From: Macrostomum lignano
Taxonomy: Eukaryota
Reading direction: 5' to 3'
Length of the DNA stretch: 64,000 nucleotides
NCBI GenBank assembly: GCA_002269645.1
Contig: NIVC01003791.1
Location: forward strand, 1-64,000
The notes beneath the pieces are model-generated. The model worked only from the letters and a program-made list of their open reading frames with translations, did no database searches and was not told the DNA's origin. The translations under genes and the position numbers were made by a program. How positions within the stretch are numbered: position 1 is the stretch's first letter; every line of letters starts with the position of its first letter. Shown here piece by piece: positions 61,342-64,000 of this stretch.

Positions 61342-61615
61342 CAGGGGTCGGCAAACTCCGGCCCGCCCTTGAAGCCTCTCTATCCGGCCCTCGGGTCCTT
61401 TGAAGCTTCCCCATTAGCAATCCGGTTTCCGATTAGCACAAGGTTTAATTTTGTGTCTCTTGCTCAGCTCTTTCTTTTCTCTCCTTCCCTCTCCTTCCCC
61501 TCTCACGTCTCGTCTCCTCTTTTATCTTTTCTTCCATCCCATCTCTCGCCTCTTCTCTCTTTTCTTTCTTCTATTCCCTCCCTCTCCACTCTCATCTAAG
61601 TTTGCCCAACCTCTG
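61342..61615. mobile_element. hAT (Charlie-like) MITE, 274 bp
   Basis: TIR CAGGGGTCGGCAAACT ... AGTTTGCCCAACCTCTG. Flanking 8-mers GTCTTGGC and GTCCAGGC match at 6/8 (degenerate 8-bp TSD). Confidence 0.6.
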
Positions 61616-61879
61616 GTCCAGGCCAGCCTAATCGAGTCTTACTTTGATGGCAAGCATAAGTTGTGAAGCACATGTGCTAGTCAGAAGCACACTTTATTAT
61701 TCCTGCGTCTTGCTCGGGTGCTCTCCATTCGTAGAGTTCGCTTCAAACCGAATGAATTTTTCGAAAATAGCGCTCGATATTCTCTGACTGAATCTTTCCT
61801 CTTTAAGAAATGTATCAACTTGGACGATAGACAATAGCGAATCCGAATCCCCTAAAAATGGCGCCTAAGTTGGGCGCTC

Positions 61880-62124
61880 AGGCTAGCCAAGGAGCTCTAT
61901 AATTAGCATCTGGAGTGGAAACGAGTTTTTCACTTTTACCTCACGAGGCCACGCAAATTGTTAAGATAATTTTCACCGCATGGAGCCACTGCATGTCTGA
62001 CTCTGTCCATGCCACTCGCATAAGACTAAATTACTCGTAGGTTTACAAACTGCGTGGCCTAGAGGTAAAGTGAAAAACTAGTTTCCACTCCAGATGCTAA
62101 TTATAGAGCTCCTCGGTCTAGCCT
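61880..62124. mobile_element. MITE with ~75-bp TIRs
   Basis: GGAGCTCTATAATTAGCATCTGGAGTGGAAAC...GGCCACGCA (61880-61955) is mirrored at 62051-62124. Confidence 0.75.
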
Positions 62125-62134
62125 TCCTATTTTA

Positions 62135-62505
62135 AGGGTCGCCATCATACAGATAAACCCGAAAAATCCCAACTCCGAAAGCACTTCCCATCATAAACCC
62201 GAAATATCATAACTCCGTAAAACAAAATAGCAACGCCCATCATAAACCCGAAATATCACAACTCCGAAAACCAAAATAGTGTTGGACACTGCTAGAACTT
62301 TCGGAGTTAGTATATTTCGGGTTTATGATGGGCAATGCTATTTTTGTTTTCGGGAGTTATGATACTTCGGGTTTATGATGCGCGTTGCTAGCAATTTCGG
62401 AGTTATGATATTTCGAATTTGTGATATTTCGGGTTTGTGATATTTCAGGCTTATGATAGAAAGCGCTTTTCGGAGTTGTGATTTTTCGGGTTTGTGATGC
62501 CCCCC
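62135..62505. mobile_element. Foldback-like element with internally repetitive inverted arms
   Basis: ATCATAAACCCGAAA/ATCACAACTCCGAAA repeats on the left arm and their reverse complements on the right arm; related copy at 21020-21320. Confidence 0.65.
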
Positions 62506-63172
62506 TCGATTTTAAGACCTAAGACTTAACTTAGCCGTCTGCATATGGGCCATCGAGTCAGATTCAATTGAGGCAAATTGAAAGGCGAGCAGACGATTTA
62601 TATAAAAAGTAACGAAGAATTTGTTTGCAGATAGAACTTTAATTGCGCCGTCGGCGCAAAACAGCGGCACAATTGAATATTTTATTAATATTTTTCACCG
62701 AGACTTTAACAAAGCCGTCACTCTGCACAGAAGCATTAGAAAAGCTGCAAATGATGTTGGAACCAAAGTAAAAAGAGCCTATTGTTGTTACGTCAAACTG
62801 ATGAGAAATTCTGAATAATTAATATTTTATATTATTAGCTGGTATTAAACGCCGTCGAGTTAATAAATAGTAATAAATAATATTAATTACTCCGTACACT
62901 GCTGATATCATCTGAACTGCGCAGAACTCTCAAATACCGGGCAAATTTTCAATTCTGTAAACAAAGATTGCTGAGCAAGCCACTGACCGGAGTAAAAAAT
63001 ACGCAGTATTACTAGGAAAACTCGAATATATAAAATTGTGATTACTAGCATGCTGGCGTCAAAACGGGGAACCAGTTACAGTCTGTCAGGTCAGTGGCGC
63101 GCACAGGCTAAATGCAGTCACGGAGACGGATTTGCCCCCGCACCAGCGCGCCCTCCGATCGAAGCTGCAGCC

Positions 63173-64000
63173 TTAGTCGACCTCCTCCATCTTGGCGTCG
63201 TCGGCGTTGGCATCGCCGCCGACCTCAGTTGGCATGGAAGACGAGGACTCGCCGGCGGCGGCGTCAGGGACGTCGTCCTCCTCGATGCCGAGGCCCAGCT
63301 TGATCATGCGGTGGATGCGGGTGGCGTGCACCTGCGGGTCCTCCAGGGCGAAGCCAGACGACAGCAGGGCGGTCTCGTACAGCAGCTGCACCAGGTCCTT
63401 CACCGACTTGTCGTTCTTGTCGGCCTCGGTGCGCTGCCTCAGCATCCCGCAGATGGAGTGGTCGGGGTTGATCTCCAGGTGCTTCTTGGCCGCCATGTAG
63501 CCCATGGTTGAGGAGTCGCGCAGAGCCTGGCGATGGGAGGCGGGGCATGGGGGAGCGGTTTATAATCTATCAGTTTCCGGCTACAAAAACTGGTAAAATC
63601 CGAGTCACAGCAGCAAATTGCCGGCTCACCTGCGCCTTCATGATGCGCTCCATGTTGGCGGACCAGCCGTACTGCGACGTGACGATGCAGCAGGGCGAGT
63701 CAACCAGCCGGTTGGACACGACCACCTTCTCGACCTTCTTGTCCAGGATGTCCTTCATGACCTTGCACAGCGGCTCAAAGGAGGCCTTCTTCTCCTCGAA
63801 GGCCTTCTTTTCGTCCTCGTCCTCAGGCAGCTCGAGGCCCTCCTTGGTGACGCAGACGAGCTTCTTGCCGTCGTACTCGCGCAGCTGCTGGGTGGCGTAC
63901 TCGTCGATGGGATCGGTCATGTACAGCACCTCCAGGCCGCGCTTGCGCAGACGCTCAACAAAGGCGGAATGGGCGACCGCTTCCTTCGACTCGCCGGTGA
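63173..64000 (-). CDS. hsp90: Cytosolic HSP90, C-terminal part (exons 64000-63630 and 63526-63173; 5' part outside window)
   Basis: [34 protein letters not shown]...[23 protein letters not shown]|[23 protein letters not shown]...MEEVD*. 103-nt GT-AG intron. Confidence 0.98.

Noticed and set aside
62750-62818. C/D-box snoRNA-like motif
   Set aside because: Imperfect C box, no terminal stem and no evident guide.

Overview
Repeat-rich metazoan genomic DNA with GT-AG introns. The GC-rich exons and minisatellite-filled introns resemble the flatworm Macrostomum; this species call is inference. I reconstructed four genes by hand from splice sites and phase: a 2-exon stathmin-like gene (+, 11002-12519), a 3-exon SINHCAF/FAM60A homolog (+, 15009-17774), a 13-exon Ihog/CDON/BOC-family receptor (+, 32144-57745; signal peptide, 4 Ig, 2 FN3, TM, ~625-aa low-complexity tail; 4185 nt, frame intact), and the 3' end of cytosolic HSP90 (-, 63173-64000). 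A more tentative multi-exon SH2-domain gene lies on the minus strand (~1296-9500), with a 1-nt frameshift in its FLVR motif. Mobile DNA includes an RTE-like LINE fragment, three tRNA-derived CORE-type SINEs, a decayed Chapaev3-like transposase, a non-autonomous MULE-like element with a 9-bp TSD, several MITEs, and a ~290-bp Penelope-type palindrome carrying two opposed minimal hammerhead-ribozyme motifs inside a 13-bp TSD. More than 20 distinct tandem arrays are present, typically one different array per intron. Most long entries in the ORF track are artefacts of these arrays.
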